Under the pieces are notes generated by a model. It ran no database searches. It was not told the origin of the DNA and worked only from the letters and a program-made list of their open reading frames with translations. DNA of 64,000 nucleotides. It comes from Blasia pusilla (lineage: Eukaryota). This document shows positions 1-12,472 of this stretch, piece by piece. How positions within the stretch are numbered: position 1 is the stretch's first letter; every line of letters starts with the position of its first letter. The DNA lies in contig CM114271.1 of the NCBI GenBank assembly GCA_050084515.1, positions 26,164,001 to 26,228,000 of the forward strand, in the 5' to 3' direction. The translations under genes were made by a program, and so were the position numbers.

Positions 1-19
1 ACCTCCTCCGCTGCTTGAC

Positions 20-340
20 CTAGTTAGCATTTCGGTGCACAAAAATGATTTTTTTAATAACTAATTTTTTCAATGAGGATAAATTTTCATTTTATATAAT
101 TTTAAACAAATAACAACACTCCACTCTCCTAAATAACTTCACTTTTTAATTAGAAATCTAAATAATATTCCATTCTCCTGCAAAATTTTAAACAATACCT
201 CCTTTTCCACTTCTCCCACGAAAATAAAGCCCATCAATTAAATTAGTAATTACTTTTAATGGATAAAATCACTTTCCTCGTTCGTTCAAATTGATTTTCT
301 TTCCCAATATATGATTTAAGGGACAAAACTGAATATAGGG
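20..340 (-). mobile_element. Helitron 3'-end remnant
   Basis: CTAG at 20-23 next to a degraded GTGCAC hairpin. The sequence (ccacttctcccacgaaaataa...aaatcactttcc) is homologous to the Helitron end at 38050-38460. Confidence 0.5.
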
Positions 341-849
341 TATTTAGATAGATTTTGAAGATAGATCCATCATCGGGCAATTATCTTACCACTCTAATGA
401 AAAGATAATAATATCCACTTTATTATAAAAACAAAGAAAGGATCATCACAAATATTGCAAGAAAACTTGACAATGTCGAAGGAAGAAGTGGGCCTTGTTA
501 GGAGCAATGTTTAATTAGTGTCTCCCGGTCAATACACGTGTCAGAAAGTAAAAATATTCCCAAGTGGCATGTATAATGCCATAGGCTAGCTTGCTTATCG
601 TAGAAAGATCTCAAAGAAAGGAAATTGCACCCTTAAGGACTTGCTCGACAAATGGGATGGCAACCCCACCCATACAAGGGAAGAGTTTTATTTTGTACCC
701 AAGTTCAAACGGGGTTAATTGATTTACCCTCCAAACTTGCCATAAATTGCAACAGTGCAATTTTCTCAATGTTATTACTCTTTTCAAAGTCCGATTCGAT
801 TAGGGAGGGGCACAATTTAAAAAATTCCATACGATTCTACTGATGGTCT

Positions 850-1514
850 TATGAAAGTTGCCAAATGTACTCATCCCAAGAATCAATATGCATTGAAAAT
901 GTTATGTTAATTCCTTTAGGAGTAGGTGTTCCAAGTCTTCTTTGCAAGAATGTTTCAAGCATGAGGAAGAAAGAAGGTATAGCCAAATTGGAATGAGGAT
1001 ATTTTATGTGTTGTATTTATTATTCCTTTTGTGTGTGGGCATTTTGAATTTTTTGTTTTCCATGAGGATGCACGGTCTATCTAGGGAAGAGAGGGGGTGA
1101 GAAAAATTGGTTCATATCCATATTTATGTGGGGAGTTTCGATAACATTTAAGGCTATTTGCAAAAAAAAACCAACTTAATTCCCGTGGCTTACACAAGCA
1201 TGCTCCAACAATGAGGAAAGCCTAGGTGACACTTCGTTGATGCGGCATAAAAAACCTGATGTGGCATATTACATGTGGCTTGGAAGGTGGCTTCGAAGGT
1301 CGGATGTTGCCTTGGCGCAAAAATGCTTCTCCTCGTTCTCGAAACAATAGGCCCCCTCCTCTACATAGGCAACATGATCCATCAAGGTAGGTGTATCTCC
1401 TTGGAGAAACCTTGAAGCCATAATCGGCGGTACCAACACCCAACTTCCCAAAAAGGCTGCGGGAGCAGATGCAACTGTGGAGGAAAGTCCCACCCCTCCA
1501 AAAGAAATAGGCAA
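850..1514 (-). pseudogene. Non-LTR retrotransposon (CRE/SLACS-like) RT C-terminal remnant
   Basis: The translation gives PISFGGVGLSSTVASAPAAFLGSW, matching the LP..GGLG...A.AAflgS motif, and LQRRLGTP further downstream. The reading frame is disrupted. Confidence 0.4.
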
Positions 1515-1569
1515 GATAGCTTGTCATGAAAGGTAGTCCGAGGTTGGCTGCCCTACCTCAAAAAAATGT

Positions 1570-2180
1570 AGCAGTAGCAACACAGGTTAGTGAAGTAGCA
1601 ACAGCAAGAAGAGGGGGAGCAGGAGCTGCACCAGCAGAAGTGGAGTCCAAAGATGGAACTTGCAGCAGCAAAAGCTATTGCAAAAACAACAGCAGGAGTG
1701 AGTGAGTCCGAGGTTGGAGCAATTGCAATATAGCAAAGGGCAAGACCTGGTTTGCAGCAGCAGGAGTGACTAACTTGTGTGTTGGACATAGAAGAGAGCA
1801 AACCAGAACTTCTGTGTGAGGGCTTCAGTAGAGAGCAAAGGGCAAGACCTGTTTTCCAACAACAGCACCACCACCATCAACAGCAATAGCACCACCACCA
1901 CCACCAATAACAACAACAATTGCAGCAGCAAGGACAACAACAACCAGCCGAGATCCTAAACAGCAGCAGCAAGAGTCCGAGAGTGAGCTCTTGCAGCAGC
2001 AAGAGTAAAAACCTCGGATGGAACCAGGTGCAGCACCAACAAGTGTCCGAGAGCAAAAGCCAACAGCACCACAACCTCGGACAAAACCAGATGCAGCAGG
2101 ATCTCCTTGAGCTGAAACAACAGCAAAAAATCTGAATGGGAGAGCAATGGAGCCTTCTCTGAAGCACAAGCAGCAGCAAA
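1570..2180. repeat. CAG/CAA-rich low-complexity region with degenerate internal repeats
   Basis: Dense cagcagca, caacaa and caccac runs, with recurring gagtccgag and gcaagacctg motifs. Confidence 0.6.
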
Positions 2181-3459
2181 TTGAACAGGCCAGGCTTCGC
2201 CTTGGTAGCAAAGACTCTAAGTCCCTATCTCTCCAACTTGGAATATGAGGGAGAGAATGGCATTAGGTTCCGACTACCCCTTCTCCCCCCTCCACTCCAA
2301 ATCAACGGCCCTGATCAACCCTACTTGATCCAGTGGCTTAAAGTCCCTATTGGGAGTGATATTAGGGCTCTCCTTGTTCGTGAGTCCACGATCAAATCTG
2401 AGCATCCTAGGGCTCACATACACCTCTGATAAAGACCCTTGATTCTCCTAATCCAATTGTTCTGAAATCTCAAATACATAAATTCAAAGGGGGGGTTGGA
2501 GAACGATATGAGGCCATCTAGCTCTAAAAGCCAAACTTTCTTCCCTTATGACAATTTTGGTGCTTTCAACCTAATCCTTTCATTTTCACCATTAGATCTT
2601 CCCCATTTTTTTTATGTTTTAATAACCATCTTGTTTCTTATGAACTAGACGGTTCAGATCTTCATTTTCATGTTGCAGTTTCAAAATAAAAATCCCAAGA
2701 GACATATCATGTTTGGTTTTGAATTCCATCCTCACAAGTTAAAAAACCCTCAAACTTTGCAGATCGCTCCCATGCTTCAACACATGCCCATGAAACTTTT
2801 TAGGACTAGAAAATGAGTATAGAGAAATTTGTGCTCTCCTGCTCACAAACGCGCAAGTCCCATGATGGAGGGGATGGAACATACAATTGGACCACTCGAT
2901 TTGAATGAAACTTTTGAGGGATGTGTGACATCCCACTAGGGGTGATGTGAATGGTTCAGATCATGAAATCTGGCTTTTAAAAAGCCTCCAAAAGTTTCCT
3001 TAGGTTTTAGGGTTTGGAATTTTAACTTAGTCTCGAAAGATCATTAGGCTCTGAAAAATATCCAGCATTATGAAGATATAGAAATACATATCTTGAAAAA
3101 GTTTCAGATTTTTTGGAGGTCTTATGATGAGGGTTTGTCTACATGACCTCACCCAAAGTTTATTTGTGTTTTTTTTAATGTTTTTAAGGAAGGTGTTTTT
3201 TCTTTTCTATGGGACTTTTGATATATATATTTTTATTAAATGTTTACCTAAAATAATATTTTAATGCATTTAGTAACTTGTACCCTTTTATTTTTTCTAC
3301 TTGGATTTTAGATTGTGTCACCCCTTGCTTACATACCATTGCAAATTTGGCAAAAAAAAACCACCCTATCTTAGCGGTGAGTACTTCCAAAATTTGGAAA
3401 AAAATTTAATAAAAGTTCCCCTATCTTTGCTCTCACAAGGGCAAGTAATCCAATGAACA

Positions 3460-3730
3460 GTAAAGTCCCCGAGCCCATAGCTGGGCTAGACGCGAGCCTC
3501 TTGCGGGCTCCGCGTGGTCCGAGCTGCGCGCCCAACTCGTTCGCGATGCGGGAGCCAGCTTGCCGGATGCGAGCTAGAAATTAGGCAACAAAAATGGGCG
3601 TCAGGTTGCATGGACGTGATGCGGGCTATCCTAGCAAGGGCGGAATGCTCGATCGGCGCATCGCGAAGCCCATACCCGTGCCAACATGAACGTGTTCGCG
3701 AAACAAATTTTTTCCGTGCACAACGTAAAC
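3460..3730. mobile_element. GC-rich remnant resembling hAT-family subterminal sequence
   Basis: gagcccatagctgggct and gcgggct motifs are shared with 62240-62340 and with the ends of the 17785-27000 element. No clear TIRs. Confidence 0.3.
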
Positions 3731-4798
3731 CATACTAATCTCTCAAGTAAGAAAAACTAATTCCCCATTTTGATCAAATTTATTTTTCCAAAATATAGTT
3801 TAAATTTCCCTCCAAACTAAGTCGAGAACTAAGTTTGTAAATTCTAAAAGCATTTATAAATGAAAGTTAAAATTTGAGCTTTTAATTATTTTTTTATTAA
3901 ATATAAAAGATAAAACAAATGATAAAATATAAAACATTTGAGGGGGACTGAAAGTTCTTTTCATTAAGAGTGAGAAAAGTTGAACGTCTTTTCATGGAAA
4001 ATTGATGTTATTACTTTAATCTCTTTCCACCCACTTTCTAGCTTAGTCTAGGATAAAATCAAATCAAACTTCAAGAGAATTGAAAAGATTCACACATGGC
4101 CCTCATTAGGAGCTTTTGAAATGAGCCGATCCCATATTAAGAGTTATAACTTTAATAGAAAATTATATTTTATTGGATTTAGTTTCCAAAAAATTTCAAG
4201 AAAATTTACTTCCAACCACGCTTGAAAATTACAAATATTTTCTAAAATAAAATCGATTGCATATATTTTAGTAATAATTTATTAGCCACTCTTCTATTAC
4301 TAACCAATGTTTCTTTCCAAAATTGGAAAATACATTCAAAATTTCCCTCCAACTAAGCTTCAAATTGAAAGATATAAGTAATTTTCATTCTAAGCACCCT
4401 AAAAAAAGTATTCTTCTTTAAATAGGTAACTATACTTATCACCAAGGAGACTTAAGAGATTTCCATAAAGATTGAAAGATCCAAATAAAAAATATATATG
4501 TCTTTATGGTTATGGAATCCTTATTTCCTTCTTTTCAAAAAATATTTTCCCTTGATCATTTCAAAATAAATAATCTCAAGCTTATTACTACGTTCATTTT
4601 TTCGACCCTCATGTAGAAAGAAAGAAAATAAAATAATTATTTTCCTCCAATATTTTCTTTTTCTAAAATAGAGTTAAAACTTCCCTCCCAACCAAACTTG
4701 AAAATAGAAAAAGAATTTAGAACCGAAAGTCTTTTTTATCCTTTAGAAGAATAAATTTTTTTCACTCTTCCACTATTATCCTTCTATATTTCACAAAA

Positions 4799-5290
4799 TC
4801 CATATTATTATGGGAAAGCGTGGCACCTATTCATCCTCGGGTTAGCTAACCCGAGGTTAGACTCGGGCGAAGGGCTCGTGCAAAACAAACCATCCTAAGC
4901 ATAATCGAACCTGGAGCTACACCTTAATAGTGAGTGCACCATCCACTCCACAAGAGTCCCGTGCATGATACATAAGGTATTAATAAATGTTTTAACTTAT
5001 TACCCAAAATAGAGCCTGAGACGTCAGGATCTTGATCTGGGGTGAACTAACTCGAGGATGAATACGCGAGGTGGGAAAGCGACCTTTCATTTTGCAAACA
5101 CTTTTTCTTTTGACACTTGGCACTTTCAGTCAATAAGATCGTCCGCTTCCTGAACCAATAGGATCGTTCGAAATTAATTTTATCTATATTATTATAGGAG
5201 ATTTCCTTTCATTTTGCAAACACTTCTCTTTTTTACACTTAGCACTTTCAACCCATAAGATAGTCTGGTTTCTGAACCACTACAATCGTT
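4799..5290 (+). mobile_element. Two tandem Helitron 5'-end-type units (first interrupted by a MITE)
   Basis: tc(c/t)atattattat(g/a)gga...ttcattttgcaaacac is repeated at 4799/5082 and at 5183. The same unit occurs at 38884 and 39102. Confidence 0.5.
4821..5071. mobile_element. Mutator-like MITE (251 bp) with 10-bp TSD
   Basis: Perfect direct repeat TGGGAAAGCG at 4811-4820 and 5072-5081. Inverted repeats tattcatcctcgggttagctaaccc / ggggtgaactaactcgaggatgaata sit 7 nt inside each end. Confidence 0.75.
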
Positions 5291-6072
5291 CAAAAAATTA
5301 GTTTTAAATAGCATTTGAGAACTTTGAGAGTTAATTATAGCTGATAATTTAAACCTATGCATTCCTCAGGCTAACACCGATACTACGTGATTTCCCCTCC
5401 AAACTAACATTAAAACTTGAAAATTTTATTTGCTTAGGCCCCTTGTATTAGAAAATAATTTTAATATCTTCAAGTGGAAAATATCAAATGTATGAGGGGG
5501 CTTGAATAATATTTATTAAGATTCAGAAAATTTCATAAATAAATTTTTATTTTAAAATGAAAAAAAAGGAAAAAGCTTAATGTATTGCACTTATTGAGAG
5601 CTTCACAAAATGAGTTTAAATGAGCTAATGACCATAATGCTATGATCAAACTAACATTTAAAGATCCAATGTTTAATTTCCAAAATGGAATTCAAAATCA
5701 CCCCCTAACAAGCTTCAAAATTACTTTTTTTCCAAAATAAAATCCCTTCAATACAGTTTAGTAATACTTACATGTCTACTCTTCTTTTAATATCCAACAT
5801 TTTCTTCCCAAATTTGAAAATACATTCTAATTTCCTCTCCAAACTAAGCGTTGTATTGAAAGATATAAAAAAAACTTGTAGACCAAGCATCATAAAAGAA
5901 ACATATAGGGTTTTTTATGATACATATACTTATTTATGAGGGAGACTTTTTGTACAGATTGACCAAATTAATATAAAAATAATTTTGATGATTATAAATC
6001 TATAGTACTAATAGAGGAATTCTTACTTTGTAGTGACACCTCACACAATGAGTCAATGACACCCTAAAATTA

Positions 6073-7000
6073 TTACATTTGTGTCATGAAGTCTTGATAA
6101 CATAAGTTCGATCTACGATAAAAATGAAAATTTGACTTAGATACTCTCCAAGAAGGTTGATCAAAGAGGATTGCCCTATGCTTCACCCCTATTTGCATAT
6201 ATGGGTCTTTTGGACCATGTTTTAGATCCCCATTTTCATCATAAACTTTTTTTTCCTTTGCCACCCATAAAAAATCTCATATGTTAAGACTCATATTGGA
6301 GGTTCTCCAAGCTACCTTGCCCCATTAAAGTGGATACCATTCTTCCGGTCCATAGTCTCCATTCATGTCTGACATAGAGATGCCAAAGATAGCCTCCAAA
6401 GATAAGTTTCCCACATTCGTTTGAGAAGTCAAACTCTACTCTAGGTCTAGAAAGGGTGCAAGAAAGCTTGTCACCATGACTTTGCCTACATACTGATCCA
6501 TATGCATGATGGTCATTGATGGTCCAAAAATTAAAGAAGGGATCTAAAAGTGAACTTCCACCATGCTTTCAACTTTCTAGCATCATAAAATTGTACTCCC
6601 TCCCATAGCTATATGAAGAACTATGAACTCCTCTACAACTCAAGCCAAAGAAAATATCAATATTCTTAGCATTCACAGTGTCTTTTCTAGGCATGACTAG
6701 AACTAAGTGAATCAAAAACTACTTGGTTTGTAACCAAAGTCGTAAGTTATAATTCATCTGTAAGACAAGCCATGTCAACTATGAGCTGTCTTAAGCTTCT
6801 CCATGGAGGGGCTAACACTGTCCAAGAATAAGCCAAAGCTACAATTCTACTTCTCAAGTTCAAAGGTTGGATACAATTGGTCAATATGTTTCCATGCCTT
6901 CGAATCACTCGTATGTCCAACAAGATCATCTGAGCACATATTTTTAGGGGCCCAACACATTAATTCAAATAATGCATGTCATCCTAGAAATATTACCATG
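6073..7000 (-). pseudogene. CACTA/En-Spm Tnp2 (Transposase_21) remnant
   Basis: The translation gives HTSDSKAWKHIDQLYPTFELEK*NCSFGLFLDSVSP (cf. HP.D..AWK...yP.F..e.RN.r.gL..DG.nP) and GVKHRAILFDQPSW. Many stops. Confidence 0.65.
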
Positions 7001-7564
7001 TTACATGTAGTAAGTGTGACAAGACATTTTCCATGTTTGAAAACACTAGAGAAAAACTATCCTAGTCAACAACTAGATGTCAACTATCTTAGTCAACAAC
7101 CATCTACTATTAAAACCTCAATGGTGTAGAACCTTAACCACTTTCACTCGAGTGAAGGTTGCTATCACTATCCTATGCTTTTGCACATGTAAGAACTTTC
7201 AATACATTAATGAAAATCGTATGCCTATTTGGTAGATTTTTTTTTCTAAAATTCATATTTATGATTCTTTTCTTTTAGAAAATAAGTAATAACCCCAAGG
7301 TTGCACACCGATAAAGTCATGTCTACACACATATGTTTTCCCTAAAACAAACATGTCCCTCCTATGGGCCTAAGTTACCATGGCTCAAAGTCAGGCCCGC
7401 CCCACCCGAAATGGAGACCCGGGTTTAGCCAGCCCGCATCCAGCCAAGTACTGCAATTAATCATCCAATTACTCCATAGCAGGTGGGGACTTCAATTCTC
7501 CAAGTCGGAGCAAATCCCCCAGCGAGCAGTGGAGCGAAGGTTCAATTCTCTGCTTGTTTCGTGA

Positions 7565-7832
7565 TCAACTGCACTTTGTTTTCTCCATGAACTTAGAACC
7601 CATAACTTCTTGGTTCGTTTCGTGGGCACCTGCACTTTGTTCATCTTCACGAGCCCACAACTTCTCTTCTCTTCTCGTTTTGTTTCGTTTCATTTCATTT
7701 CGTGAGTACCTGCACTTCGTTATCCCACGAGCCCACAATCCACAACTTCTCGTTTCTTCTTGCCGTGCGCAGTTGCACCCTCGTTTTCTTCACGAGCCGC
7801 AATCCGTAGTCTCTAATTTTGTCTCGTGAGCA
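7565..7832. repeat. Degenerate minisatellite, ~4 copies of ~60-80 bp
   Basis: Recurring tgcactt(t/c)gtt...cacgagcccacaa...ctcgtttcgtg. Confidence 0.6.
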
Positions 7833-7835
7833 GAC

Positions 7836-7992
<157 letters not shown>

Positions 7993-10900
7993 GTCGCTAG
8001 GTCCCATATGCCCCATCGAATCTCTGTGGACAAGAATTCACCCATCCATTCAACCAATAAATTGTTGATTCGTTCTCTCTCTCCTCTCCTGCTCTCACTC
8101 GCCCACTCTGACAACAGCGGCACTGAAGATGGAGGATCTTGAGCAGATGCAATAGATCGATTGGAAAGGGCCTTGGGGTTTGGGTTTTCAACGACGCAGT
8201 TGCATGGATAGAAACCAAGGAAGAAAGAATCACGGAGTGGTAGAAGCGGCCGATGCAGGGGATCTAAGTGCGATTCTCGTTTGGGTTTTCGAGGACGCGT
8301 TGATCGATTGAATCACATGATTCCACAAGATGAGGCAGACTAGCTTTGCCACCACTTTTCTTATTCGGATCCATCCATCCTTGTCTGTATGGGCCCCACC
8401 TTTCCCTTCTTTCTTATTCCCCTTACTTGTCTTCATGTTCCATATTCCCCCATTTTTTCCTCCCTCCATCTCCACTCCCTCCTCATGGACATGTTTGTCC
8501 TAGCTAGCAAGTAGCAATAGACATATACGTTGACACCAACTGTGTCCATAAGCAATATTATTGGTAATGTGAGTTTTATTTAAGTAGTTTTGGTCAAAAG
8601 AAAATTCCTACTAAATTCACATTTGCAATAATTTTTATCCCAAAATATCTAAAGGCTTATATGGAAAAATAAGATTAAATGAGTAAATGAGTTTTTTTGA
8701 AAGAAATGAAATGAGAAATCCAAATTTTCAAATCAAAATATATGAGGTATCTGATTTTCTTAAATTAAAAAATCAATTTTAAAATGTAAGAAAATTAAAG
8801 TTGTCTAGCGATCATAACTCTAGAATTCAAAAAAGTAGATAATTAAATTTATCTTGCAAAAAATTGGTTGTGAGCTCCGTGATATTAGTCAATTTAGTCT
8901 TGATGAATATTTCTTCTTCTTTACTAATAATCTATTTTTGAGATCACATCAAATCTGGCATATATAATCTCTAAATATGTGGATTTATTATTCAAGAAAA
9001 TTAAATTAAAAATAATTTTTGATTATGGAAAATAATCTAGAGTTATGAAGATTATTAAAGCAAATGCATCTTTCATTTAGTGAATAATTTGATTTAAATT
9101 ATAATATTCAAAGTAAAAATTCCTTCTCACTAAATTTCATATTAGATATTTCATGATAGTTTTGGAAAATCTAATATGGATTTTAAATCGATGTAATTTA
9201 AATCAAATTTGGTACATATGATGTTCATATTATTTCACTAATCATTACGACCTCTACATACACTCGTTTTCTTTTCTCATTATCTTACCTATCCATGTGT
9301 CCTTCACGCGAATACTGTAACTAAATCTCTTCTCAAATTCCCCCCTCTCAAGGCCGCACACCAATTTATATATATAAATAGATATATACATATATATGAC
9401 TATAATTATCTTATAAGTCATGAGGATATGTTTTAAGAGGTTTGCTCATAAAATTGGAATTAAACTAAAAAATTCATAATTTCAATCATTTTGTATATTA
9501 ATCATTCATTATATACTCATAACAACCATACGTGTAGGAAACCATACTACCATCAATTTATATTTGCATACGGCACATTACTCGATATGGTTCTTGTGCA
9601 ACTCACAATTTCCAACTCCAAAGAGTCTCCATAGCCTGGACTAGAGCGTAGGGTGCTTTGTTGTCTTTTTCCTACTTAGATGGATTTTCTCTCACCGCCT
9701 ACAGAAACTTTGTCGTCTCCCGATGACAATTGTTTTTTATGCCGCATGATGTCATATATGCAAGCTTGAAAAGTGAAGAGCAGTCTACAATAATAGTATA
9801 TACTAGGTATTGGTTATATTTTATTTATTTATAATTTTAATTCTCCCTCTCTCAAAATGACACGCGTCTACATCATAAGGACAGGTGTCAACATGTTTAG
9901 GGTCAACATGTTTTTTCAAATTCTGTCCTCTTCCAATTATAATAATTTAAATGAAAAAAATCATCCCATAATAATAGAATTATTAGAAAAATAATTATAA
10001 AAATAATATATGTAAGAGGCATGACACTTTCTTTGTGAACATTACAAATCTAAATCAATCCAAGTGAAATACTAACCAAATATTAAATTCAAATGGGGAT
10101 AAATTTCTCAAAACCATAAAATCCAACCATGTACTATACTATTATTAGAAAGTGCTCTTTCATTTTAAATGCCTCTCATAAGCACTCTTCCATTTTCAAC
10201 CGTTAATATTGCTAAGACGTGACGATTGTAAATTAATTTAAAATCATTTTAAATTTTTTTAATTTTACCCTAGTGAAGCCCGTGCACACGTGCTTAACCA
10301 GTATACGTAGAAAAGAAATGCACGGACCTTGGAAGGTTCTCCATGGACGGATTCCTACATAGTATTTTCTGTCCGTTCGACACTTGGCACTCACATCCCG
10401 TGACACGGAATAGGGCTACAGGAGCTAACGTGTATCTGCATCCGGGATTCCGTGCCTCTGTGGTCGGGTCAGGTTGGTTTATGAATTCTCTCATAAAGCG
10501 AGTCCAGTGCCTTCCCGCTGTTAGCGTATATCCGCGTATACGCTAAAGGGCGTAGCGGAGCGAAGGCTGCGTGTTCGGGCGTGGCGACAACAGTGGCTCT
10601 GGCGGCGGAGGCCGTGGCCACTGGAGAGTGCGCACGAGATGCCTCGGAAGTACACGAACAACAATGAGTCCTTTAGAGTTGGTGGCGGGGAGATTTCGTC
10701 TAGCGACGAGTTATTCTATATAAGTGACAATGGTAGGCTAAGCGCCAACATCTGATCTGGCTCTGCATTCGCGCGCACTGTAGCAGCCTAGAGAACAATT
10801 CATGACGAGAGGTTTTTGTGTCAACGAAGTCGTAAAGCGGAAACGAGTGTCCAGTGATGTACGACTGCGCAGCGATTCTTTTTGGAGTAATCGCGTATTT

Positions 10901-11983
10901 TAAGGGAATGGAGATGAGTGCGTCCGACGCGGTCTCGCAATATACTTTTTAGTACTTGTGATATGTGCCACACATTCTTTGGATTTGAAGTGATCGATTT
11001 CCTAAAGCTTATCATAATCTTCTTACGCGAAGAGGACCACGCATCCTGCAGACCTGGATCTCCTCGCTTTCGAATCGCTTTGAGTCTTTGACGGCATTTC
11101 GGAGTCTATCTATGGGAACCGGAATTTTAGAGGCGTAGATGATGTCAGATTTCAAATGAGCTTTGTGCAATCGCAACGTGCGCTGAGCCACGGTACTCGA
11201 GCAGGGGCTACAACTGATTCGGGAATTGTGCGGACTTGCAGATCTTGAACGTGCTTGACGAAAAAGTGCAGATATGGCGATGTCAGGAATCCGATGTCAG
11301 GCGTATGGAATCGGAAGTAGATTCGACTGATGCAGAAATAGTACTTGAGATACTATGGCATGGTAATTACGTTGACAGCTTTGTCGGAATCGAGATTCTC
11401 CAAACTCTTTTCCTCGCGACGCGTTTTACACATAACAAGGACAGTCATCTCATACACGAACTTTTGCAGATGTAATGTCGCGTGGATCGTCATGTGATCT
11501 CGTTTGCCATTTCTTTTCGCACTCTTTACAATTGAAATACTGCTCAGTAATCTAACAGAAATGGACGACAATAAAAGACTAGTGTCCGTCTCGTAATCTC
11601 AAGAAACTTTCTACAAGAGTTTCCCTTCTGTAGTAGTTGCACAAAGAGCACAGACGTGAAAGCAACAGTTGCTCATTTCGACCATCGTCCGCTCCTGACA
11701 TTCTTAGTACCTAGTAACTGTTACATTCTCCTGATGATCCCCGTTTTGTACAGCCTCCTCATTTCTGACGACAGTGAACTACAAAATCACCTACGTGGAA
11801 GTAATGTTTGATTTCGAGACACATCATGCACGCTATGATCAGGGCAGCGTTAGAGACGACGGCCCTGTCGCCGATTTCTGTGATAGGATGTCAGCGGCCT
11901 TAAAATTGATGTCCCGAGCTCGCAATACTACAGGCAAGTCGGGAAGGAAGCACGGGAAGAATCCAGTCATATTGGTAAGAAGT

Positions 11984-12472
11984 CTAGATCGCTTCACCGA
12001 GTTTCGCTTGGGCATTTACTTGCTGCTCAGCCGTGGCTTTCAACTCGAGCTCGCGGTCAGAGAAAGGAGGCACAAATCTCTTCCAGAACCAGTGAGTGCC
12101 CCAGACATGTTGCATTTCTTCGATCGGAATTCCCTTGGTCTCGGGCAAAAAGAAGATGACGAAAATGGTCATGACCAAGATCCACGCAGTGAAGAAAAGG
12201 AAGATACCATACTGCATCTTACAGAGCATGGATAAGAACGCCTGGGCGATCACGAAGGTGAAGAAAAGATTAGTCGACACTGTGATACTTTGTCCTGCAG
12301 ATCGCGTCTCGAGAGGAAAGGTCTCGCTGGGAATCAGCCATCCCAGAGGACCCCATGACCAAGCGAACGCTGAGACATAGACGCAGATTAGCACTACTAT
12401 CACTATAGCGCTTCCGCTGGGGAGCTTACTAGTGTTACTCAACTGTGCTCCAAGGATCACTCCTATCGCCAG
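11984..12472 (-). CDS. STP13: STP exon 4 (489 bp including TAG)
   Basis: CAG acceptor at 12475-12473; LAIGVILG...HWFWKRFV...EAI*. Confidence 0.92.
   Translation of the reverse strand: MAIGVILGAQLSNTSKLPSGSAIVIVVLICVYVSAFAWSWGPLGWLIPSETFPLETRSAGQSITVSTNLFFTFVIAQAFLSMLCKMQYGIFLFFTAWILVMTIFVIFFLPETKGIPIEEMQHVWGTHWFWKRFVPPFSDRELELKATAEQQVNAQAKLGEAI

Noticed and set aside
1553-2211. Cys-, Leu- or Gln-rich ORFs on both strands
   Set aside because: They arise from CAG/CAA low-complexity sequence and contain no domain motifs.
10521-10546. Perfect 10-bp hairpin ttagcgtata-tccgcg-tatacgctaa
   Set aside because: Too short for a miRNA precursor and without other support; could be chance.
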